A DNA stretch of 64,000 bases from the NCBI GenBank assembly GCA_043228905.1, contig JBHGNT010000007.1, positions 4,340,001 to 4,404,000 of the forward strand, given 5' to 3'. The notes below the pieces were generated by a model. It did no database searches and was not told the DNA's origin. It saw only the letters and a list, made by a program, of their open reading frames with translations. This document shows, piece by piece, positions 13,308 to 26,673 of the stretch. A program made the translations under genes and the position numbers. How positions within the stretch are numbered: position 1 is the first letter of the stretch; each line of letters begins with the position of its first letter. This stretch comes from Azolla caroliniana. Its lineage: Eukaryota > Plantae > Polypodiophyta.

Positions 13308-13845
13308 TGTCATAGTGTGCTTCGTTCACAATGTGAAAAACATACGGAGTGGCTTAGTGATTAGGTATGGAGAAATAGAAGAAAATGTTAAAATAAACAT
13401 ATGTTACATACACAACGTAGGATTCGAACCCTATACCTCCATGTTAACAATCCTAAGCCTTACCATTGTACTAACTCATCATAAGAAATATAAATAGGGA
13501 TTTAATATATACAAGAGCTTATCTCACATAGATATTCGGGGAAGCTTACTCATGCACAACTAGTGTGCATGAATACTACTATAGTTAGAAAAAATAACAT
13601 GATGCTTGCCATGTGGTAAGTTATACTTCACCTCTCATATCACTATATAAGATGGGGAGAAAAATGTAATTGGGGATGGAATTTTGGGGAATTATTAAGA
13701 TTCTAAATATTGATTAATCTAATACTCTATACTTGTGGGATTCACGAGTTTTCTATCTCTCTCTTTCAATCTATTCATAATTTTATCCATCTTAAATTCC
13801 TCTTCCTCCTAGTCACTCAATGATCCGGTGTCGTAAGGCACAACA
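13308..13845 (+). mobile_element. Probable solo LTR inserted in the old copia gag, with a tRNA-like segment
   Basis: TG...CA ends; imperfect 4-bp TSD ACGA/ATGA; CTATATAAG at ~13643; gag-like sequence resumes after 13845. Confidence 0.6.
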
Positions 13846-14203
13846 ATGAGCTCCATCATGTTTGAAGACACTCAGAGGAAAACATTCATACACTATTCGG
13901 CAAGTGATGCCTTCATGATACAAAATTCTTGTGACCGATTGAACAATCGGGGAAGAAGTTCTTCTTGAGTAATGACCAACATTGATACACGAACGTGTAA
14001 TTACTGTAAGAATCCTAGACACATCAAAGCCGAATGTCATGCCCTAAAGGCTAAGAACGAAAAAGCTCAAAAAACAGAGCAAATGTGCAACCAAATGGAG
14101 GAAGTGAATTTCTACGGTGCAACTTCCACTATCGGCCCTGCGGCCGAAATCATTTCAGAGGACCCGAACATTCTCGTAGTAGAGAACATGGTTGAATTAA
14201 TAG

Positions 14204-14590
14204 TGTTGATGGGTGGGGGATGGAGCCAAGAATGGCTCCACCCTCTCTCCCAAGGGGGTTGAATGTGTGGGGAGAGGGAGAGAGACACACACAAAGAATG
14301 AGAGGGAAATTTGAGACAAACACAAGTTGAGGTGTAACTTCACTATTCTTCCTTCGTTTCATGCCCCATGGGTGGGGTTTATATGTACAATTTCTTACCA
14401 TTACAAGGTCACAATACAAAAAGCCAAATGGGGGTAGTTACACCTACTAACCCCAATCTCTCACATTTGTACACATGCACACAAAAAGCCAAATGTGCAT
14501 GTGTACACACTCTTCCTTACACTCACATGTTACACATTTCATGTTTACACATTACACCCTTAACCCTTCCGTACACCTATACGAGTAACA
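14204..14590 (-). mobile_element. Solo LTR inserted between gag and protease of the old copia
   Basis: TGTT...AACA ends with perfect TSD AATAG; removing it restores VELIEVLYMTKEPTTWLVDFGASYH. Confidence 0.85.
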
Positions 14591-15416
14591 AATAGAAGTT
14601 CTGTACATGACCAAAGAACCTACAACTTGGCTTGTCGATTTTGGTGCCTCCTACCATGTGACCCATCATTGGTCACAATTTTGATAGTATAGAGTTCTGA
14701 ATTTCGACTTGGTTTGAGTTGACAAATCCCAGCATTGCGTTATTGTCGGCATAAACACGACATAACTCAACCTTTCGGGTGGTTTTACCTTAGTCCTTCG
14801 CGATGTCAAACACGTCCCAAAGCTTACACGACCATTGCTCTCAGTGGGACAACTTGACGAAGTAGGCATCCGTGGTTGCTTCTCATCAAGAAGATGGACA
14901 CTCCACAAAGGGAACCTCCTACTTGCTCGTGGGCCAAAAGTACATTCACTATACCCATTGTACATCACACTTAGAGAGGGTGACTTGTTTCTTGTAGATA
15001 TCCTAGTGTTGTTTTTATGGCACGAAAGATTCAGTCATCTGAACAAAGCAGTTATCACATACCTATCCAAAGTTGGTTACATTCCCAAAGTCACCTTTTC
15101 AGACCATCAATTTTGTGAGCATTGTCAATATGGAAAGCAAGCCGCTATAACACACTTGACTAGTGCGCCAAGAGAATCGAGCCCGCTCGATTTCGTCCAT
15201 TCAGACATTTGTGGTCCCATGCCACATCAATCTCTCAGTGGTGCATCATATTACGTGACTCTTATTGATGACGTGTCTTGGAAGGTGTGGGCTTATCCGA
15301 TTCAAATGAAGGATCGTGTTTACACGATCTTCTCGAAATAGCTCGCAATGTTAGAAAATCAGACAGGTCGAAAGCTGAAGAGCCTACAATAAGATAACGG
15401 GGGAGAGTATAAATTG

Positions 15417-18400
15417 TAGTAATGGGCCTGGTTTCGGCTCAAATCGAACTAAACCATTAAGCAATGGTTTAACGATTAATGGGTTCCAAAAAAAATTAAT
15501 GGTTTGGTTTGTTTTGACTTATAAATAAACGGTTTGGTTTTAGTTCAGTTTGGTTTTAAAACTCAAGTTTATCGGTTTATAGGTTTGGTTTAAAGGTTTT
15601 TTGGTGAACTTTTTTATCCTCCTTAATGGTTTAATTAATTAATTTAACTTAAATGTTTATTTACTTTAATGGTTTAATTAATGCTTATTTATTTATTTAA
15701 TAAATTTAACTTAAATATTTATTTAATTTAATGTATTTTTGTTTATTTAGTTATTTAATTAGTTTGTTAGGTTTAAATTTTTTATTCGATGGTTCAATTT
15801 GGTTTCAACTTTTCCATAAACGGTTTTTGTTTAAATGGTTTGGTTTAAATCACTTAAGAGTTCTTAAACGGTTTGGTTTTGTTTTGTTTTATGTTGAGAA
15901 TCAAGCTCAAACTGGTCTAGTGTGTGAACTCACCTTGAGAGTGAATAGACACTCAAACGGTCAAGAGTCACCATTATGTCACCACTTTGTATTCCAACAT
16001 TTAGTATGAGTCATAGAATCATATTCTATGACACATACCTTATGAGCTTTCACATTCCCCATGCTCCATGAGTCTTGTAGTTAATGAAGAGAGAGGGTGA
16101 CTATATAAAGCACCCTCCTCCAACCTTGTATTAAGTTGAGTTTTTCTCCTTTGTTAATATACTTTACTTTGTGTATTCTCTGTGTCTTACTCCGCGTCTC
16201 TCTTACACACACACTCTCTCTCTCATACACACAGTTCACACCTATTAAGCTACACAAGAATCGTACCCGATTCTTTACATGGTATCAGAGTGGTTTGGTA
16301 CCTCCATCTAGCCCATCCGCGTGCGATGTGTCCTACGCCGATGACCAAGAACCGGCTCATCGCTATCGTAGCTTCGCTACATAGCTCGCATTCGAAGAGA
16401 GAAGAAGAAGAAGAAGAAGAAGAAGAAGAATTGACATAATGAATACTCAAATGGGGAGCGCTCTCCCTACCGAGAAGTTGGATTGAAACAACTTCGCATC
16501 TTGGGAGTACAAGATGCACCAATACCTTGTCGAACAAGGCTATTGGAGCTACATCAAAGGAGAGCACGAAGACCGACCCGCTGAAGCGGCTCCCGGAAAC
16601 GCGACATGGGATCAAGCTGCAAGCCACAAGCCGCAAGCCGCGTGATGTATTACTTGGTGACATGTGTTCACGATCACATGCTCGACTACATTCGCGAAGC
16701 CAAGACGCTGAAGGAGGCATGGGAAAATCTACGAAAGATTTTCGCGGCGAACACATCCGGAAGAAGGCTTCAACTCCGCCAAGAGCTGAACAACATTCAA
16801 CAAAGGGACGTGTCCATCACGACATACACCTTGAAGATCAAGGACCTTTGCGACTCGCTCGGCTCGATAAGCGTAAATATCGATGATGATGAGATGGTGC
16901 AAATATGCCTCAGCGGCCTGCCACCATGGTTCGGCGCGATGCGAACCTGCATTCTAGCACGGGAGAAATCTCCCTCCTTCTTCGAGCTCCAATCAATGCT
17001 ATTGGTCGAAGAAAACCACGTGCATATAAGGAGCAATGAGTCGAAAGGCCACATGCTCTACATGCACTCGAACGGAGGAAGAGGACGCGGATGAACGAGA
17101 GGCCGATTCGACCAAGGACAAGGCGGACGAGGTCCGACCTACGACAACAACTCCCAATTTTGGCCGCAAAACAGAAGCCAACGAGGAAACTTCGCAAGAA
17201 GGGGGAGCTTCCACTCCGTCCCAAGCCATCAAAACGCAACCGAATGCGGATATTGCAGAAAGCTCGGCCACCATGAAGAAGAGTGCTGAAAGAAGATGCG
17301 CGAATCGGCTTCCACAAGCCGACAACTCACGAATTACGCGCACAATTCCGACTACGAAGAGTATAACGGAATGTACGGGCACAACTCCAACTACGAAGAT
17401 CGTGGGGGAATGTATGCACACAACTCCAACCGTGGCAGAATGTTTATGATGAAACATAGAGCAAACTCTATGGCGGCCTCTACCTCAACTAGTTCCCTCA
17501 ATCTGGAGGACGTATGGTTTGTTGACTCCGGAGCCTCAAACCATATGACATCTCATAAAGAATGGTTTCTCGAACTTCGAGAGCTAGGGTGACCTGGTTA
17601 TGTCGAAACCAGAGATGACACTACGAACCCGATTCATCACATCGGCAATGTTTTGTTCGGCGAAAGAGGTAAGCAAACATACATTAAAAATGTCTTGCAT
17701 GTTCCCACCATCACGAAGAATTTGGTCTCGGTCAGCCAAATGGTTGAGTAAGGGATGCAAGTACGATTCGACCAAGAAGGGTGCTTCATCGAAAAAGAGG
17801 GCCGAATCATCGCGCACGGAAGAAGAGAGGGCCGAATGTTAATTCTTGATTCACACGAGATTAAATCCGCCATGTTCGCAAAAAGCACGAAATCCGACTC
17901 CGACATAGAGCTATGGCACAAGTGTATCGGCCACATCAATCTCAACAAACTCAAAGCAATGAAATCGAAAGGAGTTCATTCCGACGTATGGGGACCGGCG
18001 CAAACGGCTACATTTGGCGGATGCCGATATTACGTGCTCTTCATCGACGACTTCTCCAGGCACACATGGCTCTATCCGATGCGGCAAAAGAGCGAAGTTT
18101 TCGGACACTTCCAAAGGTTTAAAAACAAAGTCGAAAAAGCCATTGGTCGTCATGTACGATGCCTTCGATCGGATGGCGGCATGGAGTACTTCTCGGATGA
18201 TTTCACAGCGTATCTCCGAAAGGAAGGAATTCGGCGAGAATTCACTTGCCGACACACTCCGCAACAAAACGAAGTAGCCGAGCACAAAAATCGGCACATC
18301 CTCGAAGTAACACGGGCCATGATGAACGAGAAGCATATGCCCAAGTCATATTGGGCCGAAGCTGCAAATACGGTCGTCTACCTAAGGAACCGGTGCACAA

Positions 18401-21244
18401 CATCCGGAGTGCACGAGGTCACTCCGCACAAAAAATACTTCAAAAAGAAGTCGAACTTATCGCACACCCGAATATTCGGCGCGATAGCGTATGTGCACAT
18501 CCCCGACGAGAAGCGTCAAAAGCTTGACCCGAAGTCAGAGAAATGTATCCTCGTAGGATACTCACTCAAACATAAGGGGTACAAGTGCTGCAACCCCTCA
18601 ATTCAAAAATCTCAAGTAAGTCGAGACGTCGTTTTTTACGAGTCTGCATCCTGGTACGCACCAGAGACAACTTCGACTCTGACTCCGCTCAACCCGGAAT
18701 CCGCCGAACAAGAGATAGAGGATGAAGATCGCCTTACACGCATGTTCGAAGAAAGTCCGATCACGACCCGACTAAGCGGACCACAAGAGCCTTTGAGCGA
18801 TCAAAGCACATCACGGCCTAGCCTGAAGATGGACAAAGGCAAGGCGAAAATGTCGGAATACGAAGATGATCACTTCAACGACGATTAGTCGACTCACTCG
18901 CTCAACAGTGAGTTCGGTGGCTTTGATGTACCAATCAGAGCTAAGAAAGCCCTCATCTCTGCAAATGAAAAGCTCCGCCGCTCCACTCGTGAATAGAATC
19001 TGGTCAGCCGATTTGGCTACAATGACTACATGGTATATCACTATGCCTTTATGATGAAGGTGGCGACAGTACGCAAGCCGGAAACATTTTTCGAAGCAGC
19101 CAAGGATCTGAAATGGATCGAAGCCATGAACAAGGAGATGCAGGCACTATGCAAGAATGAGACGTGGGATCTCGTTCCCACCTCACCACACAAAAAGGCG
19201 ATCGGATGCAGATGGATTTACAAAGTGAAGTAAAACGTTGACGGTTCTATCAACCGCTAAAAAGCGCGACTCGTAACGAAAGGCTACGCACAAACGCACG
19301 GAGTTGACTACGAAGAGACCTTTGCCCCGGTGGCAAAGATGACGACGGTACGAACCGTAATTGCGCTTGCCGCGGCGAAAGGGCGGCACCTCCATCAAAT
19401 GGACGTCAAGAATGCCTTTCTACAAGGCGAATTAGAAGAGGAGGTGTACATGATACAACCACCCGGCTTCAACTCGAGCACCCATCCAAAAGTTGTATGC
19501 CAATTCAAGAAGCCACTCTACATACGAAGTGATTCCGCAAGTCCGATCGTCATCATCTTATATGTCGATGACCTAGTCATTGGAGGTGAGCATCTCGTCG
19601 AAATCAATAAGGTCAAATCCCTCCTTTCCGACAAGTTCGAGATGACGAACATGAAGGAGCTCCACTACTTCCTCGGCACCGACGTAATTCGGACTCCGGC
19701 CGGAATCATGATCTCTCAACGGCACTACATCCTCAACTTGTCATACAAGTTCGGGATGGCTGAGTGCAAATCTGCGGCAACCCCGCTCGATCGCAATCTC
19801 AAACTAGATGCCAACTCCAGCACCAAAGCGTGTGAGCCGACTCAGTATTGGCAACTCATCGGGAGTCTCATTTACCTCACGATCACACGACCCGATCTCA
19901 GTTATCCGGTCGGTCTCCTTACCCAATTCATGAAAACACCGCGTAATACTCACTTGGATTGCGTTAAGTGAGTTCTACGATACGTGAGCGGCACAATGGA
20001 TTGCGGCATCCTCTACAAGACCGTGATGCCAATACGACTCGAGGGGTACACAGACACTGATTGGGCCAGCTACAAAGCCCATAGAAGATCAACCTCCGGA
20101 TTTGTTTTCTCCCTCGGCAGCAAAGCAATATCCTGGAGCAGCAAAAAGCAACCAATTGTCGCTCTTTCGATCATAGAGGCAGAATACAGGAGCGCGGTAG
20201 TGGCCGCATGTGAAGTCGTATGGCTCAAAAGGATACTCAAGGATCTGGTCGTACCCATCAAGGATCTGACTTCCCTTTACTACGACAACATGAGTTGTAT
20301 CTATCTGGCTTGGACCCGGTGTTCCACGCGCGGACAAAGCACATCGAAGTGCCCTATCACTTCCTCCGAGAGCGCGTTCTAGTTGGCGATGTCAACCTAC
20401 AACACATTAGCACAAATCTTCAAACGGCCGACATCCTCACTAAATCCTTAGGAGCCGACAAGTTGTGGCAATTCATGACCGATCTCGTATTGACGATCCC
20501 TGACCTACCAAGCTTGAGGGGGAGTATTGAAGACACTACGCAATAACACGTGGATTCCGCAACCGCGCAATGAAGCCGCAAACAGCCGATCTGCCGCGCA
20601 AAGCCGCGAAGAAAGACACAAGCCGAAGCACAGACTTCGGAACTACGCACAACGCAAGCTGGAGCACGGATTCTGCAACTCCGCATAAATGTGAGTCGAC
20701 GTGAGTCGACTCGGACTCTGGAACGCGAGTCGAAGCGGATTCCGAATACCGTCTGAAACTGACCCGACTTGAGTTTGAGGGGGCGTGCTGAGAATCAAGC
20801 TCAAACTGGTCTAATGTGTGAACTCAACTTGAGAGTGAATAGACACTCCAACGGTCAAGAGTCACCATTATGTCAACACTTTGTATTTTAGCATTTAGTA
20901 TCAGTCATAGAATCATATTCTATGACACATAACTTATGAGCTTTCACATTCCCCATGCTCCATGAGTCTTGTAGTTAATGAAGAGAGAGGGTGACTATAT
21001 AAAGCACCCTCCTCCAACCTTGTATTAAGTTGAGTCTTTCTCCTTTGTTAATATACTTTACTTTGTGTATTCTCTGTGTCTTACTCCTCGTCTCTCTCAA
21101 ACACACACACTCTCTCTCTCATACACACACACAATTCACACTTATTCTGCTACACAAGAATCGTACCCGATTCTTTACATTTTATATAAATGGTTCAGTT
21201 TGGTTTCAAGGCAAAGAAATTGAACCAAACCAGGCCCATTGCTA
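15417..21244. mobile_element. hAT-type MITE (AAACC/GGTTT-rich) inserted in the old copia integrase, itself split by a young copia
   Basis: TIR TAGTAATGGGCCTGGTT / AACCAGGCCCATTGCTA; 8-bp TSD ATAAATTG/ATAAATCA (6/8 match). Confidence 0.85.
15892..21179 (+). mobile_element. Full-length but defective Ty1/copia LTR retrotransposon
   Basis: LTRs 15892-16279 and 20786-21179; TSD TTTTA; PBS TGGTATCAGAG at 16280; PPT GAGGGGGCG; gag, WFVDSGASNH protease, integrase, RT YVDDL and RNase H motifs; several stops and frameshifts. Confidence 0.95.
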
Positions 21245-21449
21245 ATAAATCAGATGAATTCTTCAAATTTTATCGACAATGTGACATTAGACTGAATATA
21301 TGGCTCCCTACAGTCTGGAGCTGAATTGAATTGCCGAAAGAATGAATCGAACAATTCAAGAATGAATTGTTGCCATGTTGCACCATTCTTAGATGATTGC
21401 CAATGGCATACATGCATGTACGCCAAGTGGCGATCATGCATGATCCAGG

Positions 21450-21992
21450 TAGGAATTGGCAATGGCTTAGCTCAAGCCTAAACCGAACTGCCAAATCGTT
21501 TAAAACTGGTTTGACGGTTGGGTTTGCTTTAGGCTTGAGATTCCTTAACCGATTTGAGCTTGGTTTGGGATTGCTCAAACTGGTTAAGCCTAACTAGTTA
21601 CCAAGTCGGTTAAGGCTTAATCAGCTTGGCTAAACCGGTTTAGAAACTGGTTCAATTCAGGTTTAGAAACCCCCAAACCGGTTTAGGCTTGTTGAGAATC
21701 AAGCTCAACTTGGTCTAGTGTGTGAACTCACATTGAGAGTGAATAGACACTCCAACAGTCAAGAGTCACCATTATGTTACCACTTTGTATTCCAGCATTT
21801 AGTATGAGTCATAGAATCATATTCTATGACACATAGCTTATGAGCTTTCACATTCCCCATGCTCCATGAGTCTTGTAGTTAATGATGAGAGAGGGTAACT
21901 ATATAAAGTACCCTCCTCCCACCTTGTAGAATGTTGAGTCTTTCTCCTTTGTTAATATATTTTACCTTGCGTATTCTTTGTGTCTTACTCCT

Positions 21993-22041
<49 letters not shown>

Positions 22042-22151
22042 CACACACACAGCTCATATCTATTCCGCTGCACAAAATCCACCTCTTGATTCTTTACAAG
22101 GCTTAATCGGTAAATTGGTTTAAGCTTAAACTGAACCATTGCCGATTCCTA
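21450..22151. mobile_element. hAT-type MITE (TAGG..TCGGCAA TIR family) containing a solo LTR
   Basis: TIR TAGGAATTGGCAATGG / CCATTGCCGATTCCTA; degenerate TSD around ATCCCATG; empty-site homolog at ~310-335. Confidence 0.75.
21690..22098 (+). mobile_element. Solo LTR of the young copia family
   Basis: Highly similar to 15892-16279; perfect TSD AGGCT. Confidence 0.9.
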
Positions 22152-22276
22152 ATCCCATGTATGCAACATAAGTGGAAGATCTACTTCATGTTATTAATCA
22201 TTTCAGTTCAATACCAATCTTTAACCTCCTTGTCATCTTGGTCTCTAGGTAATACAAATTCTTGTCTTCTTGTTTT

Positions 22277-22630
22277 GTTATTGCATTCTTGTTCTGTTAT
22301 TATCTTCTTTTATTCAAAATCAACAACATCTTTGAAATTTTGGTTGTGACAATGCTTTCGGTCTCTTAGGTCAAATTTGACCTTCAAAGACGATAATCAA
22401 ATCTATCTATTAATAAATGTTTGTGATAGAAAAATAGAATGATACCACAATTGCTATTGCATTCTTGTTCTGTTATTATCTTCCTTTTTTCAAAATCAAC
22501 AACATCTTTGAAATTTTGGTCATGTCAATGCTTTCGGTCTCTTAGGTCAAATTTGACCTTCAAAGACGATAATCAAATCTATCTATTAATAAATGTTTGT
22601 GATAGAAAAATAGAATGATACCACAATTGC
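22277..22630. repeat. Direct tandem duplication, 2 x ~177 bp
   Basis: TATTGCATTCTTGTTCTG...GATACCACAATTGC repeated back to back. Confidence 0.85.
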
Positions 22631-24397
22631 AATGGTGTTATCATTATTTGGGTAATGGGACTTATTCTATCGCCAATAGGCAAGCCAAACACTCCACCAA
22701 GGAAAGATTTTTGAGTTGCTTCAATACACAAAATTACCACATGAGTACTCCTTGCAACTTTATAGAGAGGCTCTAGCTCAATGTTTGTCATCGAATACAA
22801 AAGCATTACGCATGCCAATTATGATGTTATCCTCAATATCTCGATAAAAGGAAACTTATCTCCATATTTTATATGTATCGACTTTTGTAAATCATGCAAA
22901 CACCAACCATGTCATGTTCATAACCATAATTGATAATGAGAATCTAGGTTTTTCATGGTTTTCCTTAATCTTATGATAAGTACATGTGGGTTTATTTTGA
23001 AATGAACGAGGGTGTGAATTGTAATATTCAATTCTACATTATGGGATAACTATTAAGTGTGTTATCACTTGTCAATGACCACTTCATGTAAAGGCAAACA
23101 AGTGTGAACACACTAGGGCATAGGGTTCCTGCCTATATGAGAAGGCTAGCTACCGTCTTATCGAGGAGGCTTGACTAATGTTGAGACTATGGTAGTGTGG
23201 TTACGACTCTTGTTAGCTAAGCACCTACGATCCTCGTAGAACCCAAGTACAACTTGCATCAGTATGGGCATGAGGAGATTTGGGTCCATCTCACATCATT
23301 GTTATGGGGTGATCAAGTGGTTTGGCATACCCCTCTTTCCATTCTTTGGTATATAATTCCGTATGTTTTGATTAATTAATTAATTAGACTCTAACAACAT
23401 AAACTATCTTGTCATCAAATAACCGTTGTCGGAATGATATATCATATGAATGCGGAAGAGTGTATGAGGACCTCTAAGGTAAAATGTGTACAGCAAACAA
23501 CACGGATATGCAACAAGGAGAAAGGGAAGAAAGATGGACGATCGGCATAAATTAAGCTTCAATGGAAGTTCTCCCTTGTTCTCTTCTCTGTAACTCTTTT
23601 CTCTCCAAAGACTTTCTTTACAATGTTAGACTAGAGCTTATATACTAAAGCCCTAGCTAGAGAGTGTGTTCACACTAAAGATACAAAGTGGGAGGAGTCG
23701 GCCTTTTATGTCAACAATAACAACATGACAAAACTTGCCAAAGACAAGCAAAGTAACCCCAAATCTTACTAAGAGCAATAAAACAATTGTACGAAACAAT
23801 GACTATCTTCCATTTCTACAATGCAAACGAAGCTTTTGCATGTTGTTAGTCCACATATCTTTAGAACTAAATCCCAAAGGCAAACCTCAATCAATACTCT
23901 CTAAATGAAAACCTTTGCCAAACATGGCATTTTAGACTGCCAACTACATTTCAAGGTTTGTCACCATCCATAATCAGAGTTACATACAAGCTTTCATTAG
24001 TGTTTCAAGGTCTGCCACTATCCATAATTAAAGTTAGAAGCTTTCATGACTGTTCCAAGGTCTGCCACCATAGTTATATACAAGCTTTCATTAGTGTTTA
24101 GCCTTAGATAATAGCCATCGAAGACATTCAATGGAGCAATGGTATAAGAGATTAGTACTCACTTGTAAAAATTGATTCTAACCATCTGGATGACAATCAA
24201 CCCATAGTTTGCTCTTCAATTTGTACAGGTAAAAGACCTCGGATCACTCTTATAGTCTGCACTAGAAAATGTAATAATCCTCACACTTCAAAAAAAATAA
24301 AAAAACAATTTGCTATGGAGCCTCAACTATATCTCCCATGTATTCAAAAAAGAAAAGAAGATATAAGGCTAAGAGCACAATTTCTCTTAGTCTGCAG

Positions 24398-25215
24398 GAA
24401 ATGTGATCTTCTTCAGCCATGGTGCTTCCGGTGAAATCTCAGGCCATTGGTGAGGTTATTTATATTGTTGTGAGTCTATGCAGTAGATCTTCAAACCTTG
24501 CAGGATCCTTCCTTAAAGAGAACATATTGGTAGTGGTAGTTTTTCGTCTTTGTTAATGGAAATCGGTCATTTTGTATATGACCGTTTCTAATTGATGGAA
24601 TGGATTTTATTGTCCTAGCCAATTTCTTTTATCAGTCCTTTGTAGATCAGGTATGGTAATACTTATTCATGCCATAAAGTTACCATAAGATAAAATAAAC
24701 ATCACAAACTTCGGAGTTATGTGATGATCATAAAGAAAATCCAAAGGATAAAATCACTCTTACCACTAATAATGGGAGTAAATCTTTGTTGTCTTTATCG
24801 TTTTTGGATTGTACTGAATAAATGCCCATTTTGGGACAATTGAATTAATAAGAACCTGTTCACAATCTACTATTCAGTACTAGGTCATTCATATAGAATG
24901 GGTCAGTAAGTTTATACAGTATGATTGGTCTCTGCTGGTGATTTTGATTCAATTACACCACAAATGATGGCCTGGGCCTTAGATTGTGACAAGTCCTCGG
25001 ATTGCATAATTTTAACAAATGATTCTTCTTTCTGCATTCCATATTTCCATTGCATAAATGAAACTCTTGAATTTGACTGAACTCTCATCCCTTAATGTAT
25101 ACCACATCTTTTGTTCCCAGAATTAGGCGCCTCTTTGCAGACCACACCATTACCATCAATTACTCCACATATAATCACCCTTCTCAGGTGGTTCCCTTCT
25201 TAAGAAGTTTGTTTA
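24398..25215. pseudogene. Deleted duplicate of the Apd1 exon 3/4 ends plus ET 3' region, last exon and intron 2 scrap
   Basis: 24398-24660 matches 44947-45175; 24660-25195 matches 46300-46580 and 46915-47142; 25197-25215 matches 48540-48558. Confidence 0.85.
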
Positions 25216-26673
25216 ATAATTACATGTAATTAATTATACACATCTCAATAATTTGATTGGATGAATTGAACATGGATTATGAGTTAACCTAATTTCTGCA
25301 CCACATATTGTACCGAAATTATGTATAGTATTACCATCATTCTGACTAAATGTATAACGAATGTACTCCAATTATTCCACCGAATTTGTCTGTTCTTCAT
25401 TTGGGAGAAACAAGCAAGGGCAAGTAGTGGATCTTAGCACCGATTACCCCAATGCAATTGGATCGACAAATTATGTTACATTCCACCCCAAGATTGCCTC
25501 TAATTGCAACACAACAAAAGCACACATTAAGTGCACCTCATTTATGTTTTGGCTCTTGAAGACAATAATCATTCATGATCACCTGCAAACTGTGAGCAAT
25601 GTATTATTGTGGGGCATCTTAATTAATGTGGCTCAAAAAGGTTGTACATTGTATGATTCAATGATGGAACTTTGTCATGTTATAATGTAGTAGTAGCAAT
25701 GTATTAGGCCTAATCTCACCCCCTTCGACAAAGATAGTCATTGGGACTGCATTCAAGAACTTGGTGCAATTTTGGAGGACATTATAAAATAGAACCACCA
25801 TATTGTAAAAGAGATAGGTATAAATGGCTCGATTTTCGGGTGCATCAAGTAGGATAATCAGTCGCTATAAGCTAACGGTATAAACATGTCAATGTGGTGG
25901 ATATTCTTCGAAATTTTTGCTTCACAATCATATTTCCACACTTACATAGTAAAAACTATTTTATCAATGTTGTGGGTAAATCGTTGTGGAGATGTGCTTT
26001 TTAAGAAGAATTAAAATGTGACGGGATTTTACATGACAACATATATACTAATAATACAACATAATATGTTAAGACTATCGGGAATAGAACTGAATCAATG
26101 TTGTGGGCGGTTCGGTTAAATTGGACATGTGTTATGTTTAAGAAGAACTAAATCGTGATAAGATTTTTACGTGACAACATATACGTACAAGACACGATAG
26201 ACTATCGAGAACTAAATCGAAGTTGTGGGTGATTGATTGATTCGGTTTCGAGATGTTTTGATCATTCAAGTATTTATGGTAAACACCCTCAAAGTATGGT
26301 AAATACTATATATTTTTGGATTCATTGTTTACTATTAAGGTAAAGTTTTTTATTTTTTTTGAAGGTATGGAGGCCAATACTACTACAATAATAACAAATC
26401 GTCTTTCCATTGATAAAGCTTCTTTATTCAGAAAGACTAACTTCCATTGAAGCTTTGTTTATTAATAATAACACACACCATCTCCCATTTGATAAAGCTT
26501 CTTTATTTAGACGTCAGGAAGCTTTCTTTGTTTATTCTATGAACCATTACCATAATGGAAAGAGAGGAAGCTTTAGGCATGAGAGTTTAGAGATAACTGA
26601 GACAGAAAAGCTTAATTTTAGCCTAAATTCGCCACTTAAAATTTAGCTAAATCAGCCCTGCCCCCCCCCCCCC

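Larger units (their letters stand above)
12310..21400 (+). mobile_element. Old degenerate Ty1/copia element (LTR ends 12600, PBS 12603, gag-PR-IN) hosting nested insertions
   Basis: CA then TTTGGTATCAAAGC; gag KFDYTNFNFWKEQMQDYL; zinc knuckle CNYCKNPRHIKAEC; protease WLVDFGASYH; integrase HSDICGP..DNGGEY resumes at 21245 as KSDEFFKF..IAERMNRTIQE. Left LTR start is approximate. Confidence 0.85.

Noticed and set aside
16250-20686. Many antisense and alternate-frame ORFs in the young copia
   Set aside because: Shadow ORFs of GC-rich gag-pol sequence
22579-22850. CACTA transposase assignment for this block and its homologs (225-590, 39700-39900)
   Set aside because: Only a faint EPLYK resemblance; no CACTA termini or diagnostic motif seen
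23427-23820. Additional solo LTR
   Set aside because: LTR-like composition and TG..CA ends, but no matching TSD found
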